A stretch of DNA of 64,000 nucleotides from the NCBI GenBank assembly GCA_013265495.1, contig MU057744.1:932001-996000 (forward strand), given 5' to 3'. Below the pieces are notes generated by a model. That model worked only from the letters and a program-made list of their open reading frames with translations. It made no database searches and had not been told where the DNA came from. Position 1 is the stretch's first letter. Every line of letters begins with the position of its first letter. Origin of the DNA: Vicugna vicugna. Taxonomy: Eukaryota. The position numbers and the translations under genes are program-made. Positions 13,365 through 25,509 of this stretch are shown piece by piece.

Positions 13365-13582
13365 CTCCAACTGTCAATCACTGATCTGCTTTCTGTCTCT
13401 GTAACTTTACCTTTTCTGGACATTTTATATAAATGGAATCATACAAGACATGCGATCTTTTAGGAATCCCTTCTTTCACTTAGCATAATATTTTCAAGGT
13501 TTATCCATGTTGTTGTTTGTATCAGTACTTCATTTTTTTACTACCAAGTAATATTTCATTTTATGATTATACCACATTTAAG
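13365..13582 (-). mobile_element. Ancient L1M 3' region fragment
   Basis: cactgatctgctttctgtctct...atataaatggaatcatac...tttcacttagcataatattttcaagg. Confidence 0.7.
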
Positions 13583-16229
13583 AATCTAATGATACCAGGT
13601 ATTTCAGTGAGGTGAAGCAATGAGAAATCTAGTCCTGACCGGCGTGTAAACTGTTACAACCACTATGATGAGCAACTGGCAGTAGGATCATAGTTAAAGG
13701 ACACAGCAATTTCAACCTCAGGTACGTCCTCTGCACAAATGCTTGTGCCGGTGCTCAAAAGACACGTATGTGTGCATTCACCTTTGTAAGTGCAAAATAC
13801 TCTAATCTCTCAATGGACTATCCATACCAATTCTATTTTGTAGGTTTTATTTATAGAATTCTCTTGGTTTAATTTTTTTGTAGATTTAATTAATCTTTAG
13901 AGTTCCACTCTTGCTTAATTCTTTTTTATCCATACCCATTTAATGGAAAATCTCATAATGAATTGTAGCCATGGATGAAATTTTAAACACAATAGTAAAC
14001 AAAAAAGCAACTTTCCAGAAGACACACAATATGATAACATGTATGTAATTTTAAATTTTTTCTTTAATTAAAAAAAATTTTAATGAAACTAATACTGGCT
14101 TTTATTTCTCTAAAAGCATTGACTTAAGTAAAGTGCAAGACATTTATTTGAGGAAATGCCCGTCAGAGAAAATGAGGAGGGAGCCGGAAGAGGCTGGGAG
14201 AGCGGCCAGACCTGGAGTTGGGTCTGATTAAAAAGCCAGAGAAGACTGGAAGGAAGGTGGAGTGACAGTCTTAGCCTGCAGCACCGTCCTCAACGTCCTC
14301 AAGTCTGCTCGGGGAGTCCTGCATCCGAGCAGTCTCCCAGGAGGAGGCGGCTTGCCTCACACCCCTGCTGAGCCCCGCCCTGGGCTGGACGCAGCGGGAG
14401 AAGCCTGGGCTGTGTGCCAACCTAGTGACAGGCTTCAGAGCAGAGCATCAGCGCCAGCTGTGGAGACCTGAGGGGAGCGTTCCCCTCGCCTGAACCATAT
14501 CATCAGTAATAAAAAAGAGAAAAATCAAAACTAGCCCCTTCCCTCCACCGCAGCTAGGCGTCTTCGATGTTTACAAGCAATAGGAAATAACTCTAAACTT
14601 TGTTCAAAACAAAGGAACGTATTGCAGTTATACTGAACAATCCATAGGGTCCAAGAAAATGCTGAGCCATAAAATCTTGAAATGCCCTCAAGGCAGGACC
14701 CAAGTCCTCAGCAGAAGGAATTTCCTTGGGGGCCCTGCGATTGTGTGACTCTGCTTCTGAACCTTCAGTCCTTTGTGGGTCTTCTGCTTGGAAATTAAAA
14801 TTCTTGAAAGAGTGTGTCATTGACCGAACTTGGTCTCACCGCCCTTGGGTGGGCATCACAGCCCAGCGTGTTCCCAGCTATCACTGATGTGCAGCCAAGG
14901 GCAGCGCGCCTCTCGGTCCCCACCGCAGGGTCCTGAGGATGCAGGAAGTGCCCAGAGTTGTCCGTCAGACTTGTGGGATGAGCTTTTATTCCATAGCTGG
15001 GATGGAGTTAAGTGAACAAGTATGTTGTCCTACCAGGGGATCTTCATGGAAGGTAGTCTGCAGTCTTCTCTGCAACGTCGCTTAAATGTTTGATAAAGGC
15101 AATGAGATTCATATTCCGGGGTTTATGCAACTCATTTCTAATTTAACAGCACGCTGCTCAAAGCAGGATTCCATTTTTTTCTAATTACGCAAAAGAAAGC
15201 TAGAATTTTTGTTACTCAACATTTCAGCGACTAATCGAACACCTGTTCTAATATTATTTCTTTTTCTGTAAGTAATCAAGTCTCAGCCATCATGAGACAA
15301 TGTTTACCAGATGTAGGATCTTAAAAAAAAATCTCTTGGTTATTCTTTGTTTTGGGGGGGAAGGCAATATTTAAAAGATGATTTAAAAGAAATCAATTCA
15401 TTATACATACATGACAACCAAAAAAACTTTTTTGCTTGGTGGTTTCTGTAAAAGAAAATAATGCTTAATATTTTGTTATGTTCTTCTTTGATTCCCAGAA
15501 TATATGCCTGTTTACTTCTCAGAACGCTAAGAACAGAAGAGACAGTAAAAATTCACTTTTTTTTGACACATCAGATTACACTATCATCATCATGCCATAA
15601 AGATGAAGCAAATGCACCAGGAGTGCTTCACGCCTCATTCTGAGCTGTGCAGCAGCACAGGGATGTCTCTGCTTCAGGCAGGAGTTCCTCCCATACCACC
15701 CCCTGTAGTGTGGAGAGTAAGGTGTCATGTCATCGGGGACTCTCCAGCTCAGGTCTGTTAATAACCAACAATCACGAACATTTGAGGAAAACCAACATCA
15801 TGAAAGACAGATGACAATCTATAAATGGAGAGCCTTTTGAAAAAGCAGAAGGGCGTGCTAAAATAACTATAGATAATATTTATAGAGGGCTGAGAGACCA
15901 TGGCACCTGGGGAAAAACAGACTGGGTGTGGAGGGAAGAACTTGCAAGAATAAAAATCATGTTTAAAGTTAATTCACCAGATGGGCTGAATAGCAGAGAA
16001 GACACAGCTCAAGAGTAAAGCAATGAACAGGAATATGAAGCCAAACACTTCTCTAGGAACACAATTCACAGACAGGGGAGATATGCAAGGTAAGAGATAT
16101 AAAGGACAAATCCTAAAGTTCCAACATCATTCCCAAGTTGCTTTATTTATACTGTTGTCATCTCCTTTCCGCTTTTCTTCCTAGCCAAAAATAAGTCACC
16201 TTAAAGTAGCCTTTTCTCTTCCTGAGTTT

Positions 16230-16753
16230 TGAGGTGGGAAGCCCCATAAAAGAGACCATCAGGACCCACAGGCAGGGCCACTACTCTCCTGCCAGCACCA
16301 TCCAGTTCCCTGGCCCAGTGGCTCTATCTCACTTTTTGCCTCTGAAATGGCTTATTTCTAGAAAAGTGGAACTTACCCCTAAAATTCTATTTGTTCCCTG
16401 AGCTAACTCCAGATTGGTCCATTTGTAGCACTTCATCTGCATGGAGCTTACTCCTGATTGGTCCATTTCTACAAAGCTTGTTCCTACTTAGTCACGTTTG
16501 TTATACCTTATTTGCATATGATGTTACAAAATGTTGCAAAGTCTAGACTGGCAGCCTATAAAAGCCTGTGTAAACCTACAGACGGGGTCCAGAGCTTGGA
16601 CTGTTAACCCCTCTGGGCCCGCTGGCGTAATAAACCTGAGTTCTCCAACTCTCTTGAGTGCTGCTTGGTCTCTCGCCTGGATCCAGGTTGCTGCCACAAC
16701 TGAGCTGTAACACTGAACTATAACACCGAGCTGTAGCTCACTTTTCTGCAACA
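16230..16753 (+). mobile_element. Solo ERV1-class LTR with recognisable promoter elements
   Basis: TG...CA termini and a near-perfect 4-bp TSD gttt/gtct. Repeated gattggtccattt (inverted CCAAT), octamer atttgcat at ~16510, TATA tataaaa at ~16557, AATAAA at ~16629. Confidence 0.8.
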
Positions 16754-17464
16754 GTCTGAGGTACTGCACAGCCCACCACAGGTGCCAAAGGCCCCATTGC
16801 ACCTGATAAGTTGAGACTACTTGGACCTCAACACCAGAGGAGGTGCCAGCTTGGCCAGAGAGTGTGTTCTCCTGGGGTCCAGAGCCTGGCCCGAGAGCAA
16901 GCCCTGGGTCTGTGGAAGCCCCTCCCTCCGGACCCTGGTCTGCAAATCTTCCTTTCCGATCCAAACTAAGGATTGTCCCTGCAAGAGCACAAGGAAATGA
17001 GATTCAGGAGGACTTCCCTGCATGGAATCTCCAAAATTTCCAAACTGAAATCTAACCTGTCCCGAGAACCTACCCAGCCCTCACAAATGGCCAGATGTTC
17101 AAAAGATGCTTTCAAAAATTTCTCTCTGGCCTCATACCAACTGCCAGTTCTTCGAGGCTCCATCAGCAACTCCTGCCCCATTTTCACGGCAAGCCCAGTT
17201 AAGGGCTTTCATGACCACCACCATTCACACACACATACAAGCAATTCAATTTTAAAAATAAACAACAAGCTTCTCTCCCTCCCGGAAGCTTTGAGCCACG
17301 TGGCTTTGAGGAAGCAAGGCTCTTCTGTCAGTCTGGGAAAGGCCGCTGGCCGTTTTCAGCCTGGTACAATGAGGCCAGCGTGAGGGCAGGACCCCCGAGA
17401 CGTCAGCAGGGCTGCCCCGCAGCCTAGAGCGCGTCGCAGTGAATCCCGCAATGCTTAGAGGCGT

Positions 17465-17690
17465 GGTTCAGCACAGCCAGCGAGGGTACGATCTCCAGCC
17501 AGACTGCCGCCGCTCACATCCCGGCTCTGCCCGTTATCTCCTGGTGTCTTTCTGAACCTCAGTTTTCTCATCTGTAAAGTGGGAGTAATAATAGCACCTA
17601 CCTCATAGGGCAGTTGTGAGGATTGAACAAATACCTGTAAAGTGCTTAGAGCAATGCTCGTTGCATAGTGAGTGTTCAGTAACTCTGTGA
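17465..17690 (+). mobile_element. MIR SINE
   Basis: MIR core ctgaacctcagttttctcatctgtaaagtgggagtaataatagcacctacctcatagg. Confidence 0.85.
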
Positions 17691-17876
17691 TTACTTATGT
17701 TATTTATAAATATGACATAAGTTTAAAATGGAATTCAAGTGGAGTTTCCTTGGATAGTCTGGTTTCTCTCTTCTCTGAGAATATTTGCTGGACTCTCATT
17801 TTATTGGATTTAAATGAGAGCCCATCCCGCAAACTGTTCTGGAGCCAGAGTAGGAAAAAATATGAAAACAGTTCTT

Positions 17877-17990
17877 GGGGTAGGAGGGTGCAGCTCAGTG
17901 GTGGAGTGTGTGCTCAGCATGCATGAGGCCCTGGGTTGAATCCTCAGTATCTCCATTAAAACAAATAAAATAAATAAATAAAAATAAACA
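17877..17990 (+). mobile_element. vic-1-type SINE (short form)
   Basis: gagggtgcagctcagtggtggagtgtgtgctcagcatgcatgaggccctgggttgaatcc plus an (aaat)n tail. Confidence 0.88.
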
Positions 17991-18382
17991 ACAAGCCAAT
18001 GTGGGCCAACCTCCTGGTGGAAGCGCAGGGAGTGAGAAAGTCCAGCGTTCCCTACCCTGTGACATGCCAGCAAAGGCTGGGCTCAGAGACCTGGGACCCG
18101 GGACCCTGGCCCCTTGGCAGTTTCCACAACTGCAGATGCGAACATGCCAAATTCTGAGGGAGAACTCACTAACTCTGAAAGAGTAAACGTTTGTCAAGAC
18201 TGAAAGAAGGGAAATCAGTTTGTTCTGTGAAAAAAGCAGTCCTGCTGTCAGTCCGACTGGGCGGCTAGGCACAAGGGCAGCCGCACGGGCCACAGACACC
18301 ACTGCGTCTCTGAGGTTCTACTGTAGCTGTGAAATGCCGGGGGCACCCAGCTTCTAAGCCGCCCTGTCCTCATGACAGCACT

Positions 18383-18742
18383 TCTTAGGGACTCAGTGTT
18401 GACACTCCCCCTAAATTTGTATGTTGAGATTCTAACCCCCCGAGGTGATGGCATCAGGAGGTATGGCCTTTGGGCAATTAGGTCATGAGGACGGAGCCCT
18501 CAGGCATGGGCTTAGTGTCCTTACAAGAAAAGACACAAGCTGGTACTCTCTGCTGTCCGCCACGTGAGGATACAAGCCGATGGCTGGCTGTGACCCGGGA
18601 AGCGGGCCCTCGCCAGACCTCAGAGCTGCCAGCACCTTGATCTTGAAGTTCCCAGAATCCAGGCCCGTGAGTAATAAACACTTGTTGTTTAAAGACCCCC
18701 AGTCTGAGGTCATTTGCTATAACAGCCTGAAGGAAGACGGCA
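18383..18742 (+). mobile_element. MaLR LTR (MLT1A-like)
   Basis: aaatttgtatgttgagattctaacccc...gccagcaccttgatcttgaagttcccag...aataaacacttgttgtttaaag. Confidence 0.8.
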
Positions 18743-19633
18743 CCAAATCCTGACAAACCCTGACTTCTGCTCACTGCACCTGAGAAACAGCAACCAGTCC
18801 GAACGGCTTCCCTTAGACCCGCCTCAGGTGCCTTCAGTGGGAGCCCGGACCTTCCAAAGGACGCTTTCTTCCAGCCTCTTGGCAAACAGCATCCTCTGGT
18901 TTCTGCGAAACGTCCCCCATCACTATATGGAGTCAATACGTCTGATCTGAACAGATACCAGGCTTGGTCCTGGTGGTCTCTGCAGCTGGAGGCTCTAACT
19001 CTGAGGAAGTTCCCAACTGGTCCCTGAAGGGGTCACTGGGTCTCTGAAGCCTGTCTGTCTTGTTCCCAGAACCACAGCCAAGACAAAACCTGCCAGGTGC
19101 GGTTTCTCATGGCGTTCACCGTTTGGCTTCAAATTTTCTCATGTGCCTATTCTACTTCAATCAGTTCTTGGCAAAAGAGCCAGTTGGTCATGGGTACAAA
19201 ATGCACTGATATGTCGTATCAAGATTAGAAAACAGTTCTTGAGTGCCAAGCATTTTCTGTGTATTCAGAGCTGTGGTCAATATCTGACGAGGATTAAAAC
19301 ATTCAAAACTCAGAGTAACCCTTTAAGGCAGGCACTATCATTATGCTCATTTCCTAAATTATAAAACAGGGTCAGAGAACAAGATGTAGCAAAAAGGAAC
19401 CAATATTGGAGGCAGCTTGACCCCACAGCCAGGCTTAACCAGTAAGCATATAGACCAGGTGCCGGTGTCAGCTCTGCGGTAACCTTCCCATGACCACGGA
19501 TGAGCCGCTCGTCTCTAAGGTCAAGCTCTGCACCTGCACATCAGAGACGTTCCCAGGACACGTACCTTCCAGACCCTTCCTGTGAACTCCATGCTTGTAC
19601 ATTCCACTGCCTACTTGACTTTTTATAAAGAAC

Positions 19634-20110
19634 TGGAAGGGTCGGAAATTTTACCCCCACTGCAAGCTCAGAAGGTGGCCTGCCACAGTTTCCTGGGTGC
19701 TGTCAGAAGACACAGGATATTTAGGTCAGCACAACAAAGGACAGCATGAGATTCACGTTCACGTGGGCTTCTCTGATTCCCCAGCTGTCATCGGGGTAAC
19801 GTGGAGCAGCCCAGGTGGATGCTGGGCATGCAGTAGGTTTGCATCACAGTTGAGGAGCCCTGAGCATTGGGACCCCAAAGCTTTTATAATGGACAGTAAG
19901 CCTGATCTTTCCCTAAATGGAGATGTTATCCTTATTATACTGGACAGTAAGCAACCCTGCCCTCTGCTCTGGAAAGCGACCCTCCTTCTATATTTCAAGG
20001 ATGTTCACTACATAAACATCTTTGAAAAGACAGCCTGGAACAAGGACTTTCAGTGCCTCTGCTCACAAGATGTGCAGAAATGGAGATTCATGGAAAACTG
20101 TCCTCCAACA
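19634..20110. mobile_element. Probable ancient solo LTR (family uncertain)
   Basis: TG...CA-bounded ~480-bp segment with LTR-like internal repeat tggacagtaagc x2. No TSD confirmed. Confidence 0.45.
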
Positions 20111-20131
20111 ATATCCACTCCATATTCCTTT

Positions 20132-20412
20132 TACTTTTTTTTTTATTGAAGTAGAGTCAGTTTACAATGTTGTGTCAATTTCTGGTGTACAGCATAGTGA
20201 TTCAGTCAGATACATACATACATATATTCTCTTTCATATTCTTTTTCATTATAGGTTACTACAAGATTTGAATATACTTCCCTGTGCTCTCTATTTTATC
20301 TATAGTAGTGTGTATCTGCAAATCTCGAACTCCCAATTTACCCCTTCCCGCCCTCTTTCCCCCCCTGGCAACCACAAATTTGTTTTCTATGTCTGTGAGT
20401 CTGCTTCTGTTT
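20132..20412 (-). mobile_element. LINE-1 3' end
   Basis: T-run plus ttgaagtagagtcagtttacaatgttgtgtcaatttctggtgtacagc. Confidence 0.88.
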
Positions 20413-20814
20413 CATAACAATTAATGAAGTTACTATGGATGTTGTTTGGAATTGCACTTATATCTTGGGGATACCCCAGGTGGTCATCTTGGAGGTAGTT
20501 CTGAAAATTCACTTGGAGGGCTGGTTTAACCTTGTGGGACAGGAACTTTCCTAACAAGGGCGGTAACATGAAAAGCGAAAAAACTGGCATTCCTGCATTA
20601 AGAAAAAGGACCACAGTGCCTTAAACACAGATATACTGTTCAGTTCTCAGAAAGTCCACAAGGCTATCAAACATGTGTAGCAAACTAACGGAACCTGGAA
20701 GCTCAGAGGCTGTCGTCCCAAAGGGCAAGGGGAAATTCCTCTAGTTAACGACTCTCCTTGACGGAGGCTTGACAATGGCCTTGACGCATCTACTGTAATG
20801 TTTAATTTAATCTT

Positions 20815-21135
20815 ACAAATTAATCACGGACATAGAAAACAAACTGGTTACTGGGGGGAAAGAGGGAGGCGGTAGATTAGAGGTTTGGGATTAACAGACA
20901 CACCACACATAAAACAGGTAAACAACAAAGACATACTATAACTATATTGAATATCTAGGAATGAGCTGTAATGGAAAAGAAGCTGCAAATATATATGTGT
21001 ATGTATATGTATGACTGAACTGCTTTGCTGTACAACTGAAACTACCATTGTAAATCGACTATACTTCAATAAAATATGAGAATAAAAAATAAAAAATAAT
21101 TTTAAAAATAATCAATCAATAAAAATAAAAGTAAA
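20815..21135 (+). mobile_element. LINE-1 3' end
   Basis: catagaaaacaaactggttac...ttgtaaatcgactatacttcaataaaa plus an A-rich tail. Confidence 0.88.
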
Positions 21136-21401
21136 AACTTGACCAGCAATCGAACATAAAAGACTGAGAAAAAGAGTCTTCGAAATAAAGAAAACTTCAT
21201 TGGGCACTTACGATTCCATGTTACCATCAAGAATACTATTGTTCTACTAAAATTTTGTGGTTCCTGATTTAGGAATCAGCCAATGAACAATTCTACGTCA
21301 GTGTCAAGGTAATGGGATAAAAATGTAAGAAGGAGTTTATTTGTATTTCTGGGAGTAAGCTAAATTGTGATTAATGACAGCTAGACACTGCTAACTACTT
21401 T

Positions 21402-21778
21402 GTTTTTTAATTATTTTTTAGTTGAAGTATAATCAGTTTACAATGTTGTGTCAATGTCTGAAGTAAGTCAGAAAGAGAAAGACAAATACCATATGATATC
21501 ACTCATACGCGGAATCTGACAAAACAGAAAAGACACAGATGAACTTATTTACAAAATAGGAACAGACTCACAGACGTAGAAAACAAACTTGTGGTTACCA
21601 GAGAGGAAACTGGGTGGGAAGGGATAAAAATAGGAATTCAAGATTTGCAGATACTAACTAATATACATAAAATAGATAAACAAGGTCCTACTGTATAGCA
21701 CAGGGACCTATATTCAATATTTTGTAGTAACCTATAATAAAAAGAATATGAAAAGGAATACATATATGTGTATATATG
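21402..21778 (-). mobile_element. 5'-inverted (twin-primed) LINE-1 3' fragment
   Basis: Minus-strand terminal piece 21402-21459 fused to a plus-strand upstream 3'UTR piece 21460-21778. TSD actacttt at 21394-21401 and 21779-21786. Confidence 0.8.
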
Positions 21779-22771
21779 ACTACTTTATTTATAAGGCATA
21801 ATAGAGATATTAGAAGGTGGTTTGTAAAAGGCTTCTGAGGAGGCAGAACATTTACTGACTGATTACGTCTTAAGTAAAAATCACAATTTGCGCTTTGTGA
21901 TAAGATTTCTGATACTTACAATACTGATATTTCTGGTCTCTCCTTTCTTTGGCACATCAGCCTGGTTAAAAAGCAACAGGAATGAGTCCATTGTTTTTCT
22001 TAAATGCTTTATGGAGCTATAAAACTCTCAAGTTTTCCTTACTAGACAGGAGTAGGTATATTCAGGATAAAGTTAGAATAATTTGCACTGCAAAAGATTA
22101 CAAAGTGAAGAAATGTCAGTTAGGAGCAAGCTCATTCTTATAACCGCTTATTGACTGGACTGGAGATTAATGAGTGCTGCGCCCAGGATGAAAAAGCGCA
22201 GTATATTCCACGACTGGTAGAACTTGCTCCAGCATGCCGCCCCTCCTGTCCACAGACCGTCATCTTCTGCACAAAGCACTTCCCATCAGAAAATCCGCTA
22301 ACACAGCCGGGCAGTTGCCTTTGATCTCCCAAGCACTCCAGGGGGCACGCCTGCCATCCGCAGGTAACTGATCACACTCTTGGAATCTGTTTGTCACCCA
22401 GGAGTGGGAGGGACCACTCAGGAACCACTCTTCTTCCACAGCATCAGACCGGCTTCCTCCACACTTATCTGGCACTGAACAGCCTGTCCATGACAGATAA
22501 CTTCACCCACTTTCAGCCACAGAAAACCACCACCAGATTATAAAATTGCCCACAAACAGAAGGAAGAAACGCCTCGCCTCTCCTTCCACCCCTCAAGGCG
22601 AAGCCGGCCTGGGGAGCTCACTGAGGACGCCACAGTCCTTTTACAGAATCAGGCTCGTCCACCCTGTAGGCGCTTGGTGGGGTCGCCCAGCGTCTGGAGA
22701 AGACAGGAAGGGGATGGGACCGTAACAGAGAACAGACGGGCTTCAGCTTCGTGGGGACAGAGCCCACAATT

Positions 22772-23753
22772 ATTTTTGGTTTTGGTTTTGTTTTTATTGA
22801 AGTACAGTCAATTTACAATGTTGTGTCAATTTCTGGTGTACAGCATAGTGTTTCAGTCATATGTATACATACACATACTCATTTTCATTATAGGTTACTA
22901 CAAGATATGGAATATAGTTCCCTGTGCTGTACAGTAGGACCTTGTTGTATATCTATTTTATATTTAGTAGTCAGTACCTGCAAATCTTAAACTCCCAATT
23001 TATCCATTCCCACCTCCTTTACCCTGGTAACAATAAGTTTGTTTTCTACGTCTGTGAGTCTGTTTCTGTTTTGTAAATAAGATCATTTGTATATGTATTT
23101 TTTAGATTCCATATATAAGTGATATTATATGGCATTTTTTTCTCTTTCTGGCTTACTTCACTTAGAATGACAATCTCCAGGTCCATCCATGTTGCTGCAA
23201 ATGGCATTATTTTATTCTTTTTATGGCTGAGTAGTATTCCATTGCATAATATACCACAACTTCTTTATCCAATCATCTGTCAACAGACATTTAAGTTGTT
23301 TCCATGTCTTGTCTACTGTATATAGTGCTGCTGTGAACATACAGAAATCAGTTGCATTTCTTTATACTAACAATGAAATATGAGAAAAGGAAAGTAAGGA
23401 AACAATCCTTTTTAAAATCACATCCAAAATTATAAAATACTTAGAAATAAATCTAACCAAGGAGGTGAAAGACTTATATGTGGAGAACTACAAAACATTA
23501 AGGAAATTAAAGATGACTTAAAGAAATGGAAAGCTATCCTGTGCTCTTGGATTGGAAGAATCAATATTGTTAAAATGGCCATACTGCCCAAGGCAATCTA
23601 CAGATTTATTGTGATCTCTATCAAATTACCCAGGATATTATTTGACTAGAACAAATAATCCTAAAATTTATACGGAACCACAAAAGACCCACTATTGCCA
23701 AAGCAATACTGAAGACAAAGAACGAAGCTGGATGCATAATCCTCCCGGATTTC
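22772..23753 (-). mobile_element. LINE-1 with inverted ORF2 segment
   Basis: Minus-strand 3' end 22772-23340 abuts a plus-strand ORF2 (post-RT) fragment 23341-23753 (ttggattggaagaatcaatattgttaaaatggccatactgccc). Degenerate TSD cacaattattttt/cacatctattttt. Confidence 0.75.
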
Positions 23754-25344
23754 ACACATCTATTTTTATTTCTGCTTTGATCTTGTCACTATAAACCCAG
23801 GTCAGAGGCCAGTGCCTGGAACAGAGTAGACTAAGTCCTCCAAAACTGATCCCCGTTGCTATGTGTACTACCGGGTACTTTCAACAAAGGCCCCAGTGGC
23901 ACGGATTCCCCCAGCTCCCTCACTGCCCTGCAGCACGACCCAGTGCACTTAATGCAATGAGGAGTCACTCTACTAGATTAAAAACAGTGAGACTCACTGA
24001 CCTGGGCCCAGATGACACCAGCCACATTGTACTGTAGGACCTCTGATTTCCCGATGGCGAGTGTTTACTTCTCTCCTTAAGAGGTTAGCTCCCCAGGTCT
24101 CCCTCTTCAACTCTCTGAACCTGTGTCTGGAGTCCGGCACCAGGACTCCACCTAGAATCATGCGAATGAATTTGTTCTTATCACACAATAAATCTTATCA
24201 GAAACAAAAGGAAACAGACCTCTATCTCCCTTGCTGAAAATATAACACATTCTGTCTCTCTCACACACACACTCACAAAATCAAAAGCAACAACAAGACA
24301 TCTCCATTCTTATTGCTCAGCAAGGGCATTATCAGTGTCTTCTGCTGCTCCGTCACCATGCTCCTCCGGGCTCGGTCCCCAGGCACCTTCTGTGACGCAG
24401 CAGAACCAGTGGTGGCACCTTCTGCCCTTTGTCTGGAAGTCTGTCGTCTGCACCCCCTTCCCCATGCCCCAAAGCGCTGGTGGATTTCCCTTAGCCATCC
24501 ACCCTCTCCTAGAGCTTTTCTACTGCCTCGTGGGGAAGAGAACCATCGCTTCTCACCAAGGGCTGTCTTGCACCTTCTACGCTGTGATGGTCAGCCCAGT
24601 GAGGAGACCGGGAACCAAAGGACCTGCGTCTGATTATGGATAACAAACTCTGGGGCTTGGGACGCATGAAAACATGACACAGTGGTAGAATTGGAGGTTA
24701 AGGACTTGCCCAAGGTCCCACACCTGGTAGGCAGCAGGACAAGAAGTTGCAGACCCCAGGAGTGTTGGCACTGGAAGGGCTATCAGTCACCAGCCAACTC
24801 GGTATCGTCAGCTGTGAAGAACTAACCCCCAGACACCTACCACAAGTGGGATCTTCTGGCTAAGTTACTTGAGTGGTTTCTTGATACCCAAACCCAAACG
24901 GTGGCTCTGCTGTGGAGTAGTCACTCCGCCTCCTCCCAGTGTCCTACCCAGCGCAGGGCAGCCCTGGGACGCCCTCATACCTCAGCTCCTGCCAAGACAA
25001 CAGCAGAAGTTCCTGATACCATCCTAAAGCTCATGCCTTGTTCGTTACCTCCTAAATCTGGTAATCGCACCCTCATCTTCTTTCCCCCCAAAATCCACCA
25101 TTTTCTGGGAACCTTCCAGTTGTTTCTCAACCCCATGATCTTGTCGACAACAACTTACTGAAACCAGCGGGTGCATACAGATGTCCATTTTTCACATGTG
25201 TGTGCTACACAGTAACCTTGTTCTATGTTTTTAACAACCAAGGCTTTACCTTGTTGCAAAGACCTCTGAAAGTCCAGCACCTGTAATAATTTTTGAGTAG
25301 CTGGAGGTGGATTTTTTTTAACTTACTGCTTTTTTAAAAATATT

Positions 25345-25509
25345 GTTCTTTTCTTTTTATTTATTTTTCTTATTTTTTTATTTTATTTTATTGGAGGGGG
25401 TAATTAGGTTTATTTATTTATTTATTCATCTATCGGGGGGACTGGGGATTGAACCCAGGACTTCCTGCATGCTAAGCATGCGCCCTGCCATTGAGCTGTA
25501 CCCTCCCCC
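25345..25509 (-). mobile_element. vic-1-type SINE (long form)
   Basis: gtaattaggtttattt...actggggattgaacccaggacttcctgcatgctaagcatgcgccctgccattgagctgtaccctcccc. Confidence 0.92.

Noticed and set aside
127..23325. Recurrent similar short ORFs (e.g. YNVVSISGVQHS, FHYRLLQD) that look like a peptide family
   Set aside because: These are antisense translations of the same L1 3'UTR.
25246..25292. Possible 31-nt minus-strand microexon (ttacag|gtgctg...caag|gtaaag)
   Set aside because: Poor polypyrimidine tract and a weak donor, so it cannot be supported without RNA data.
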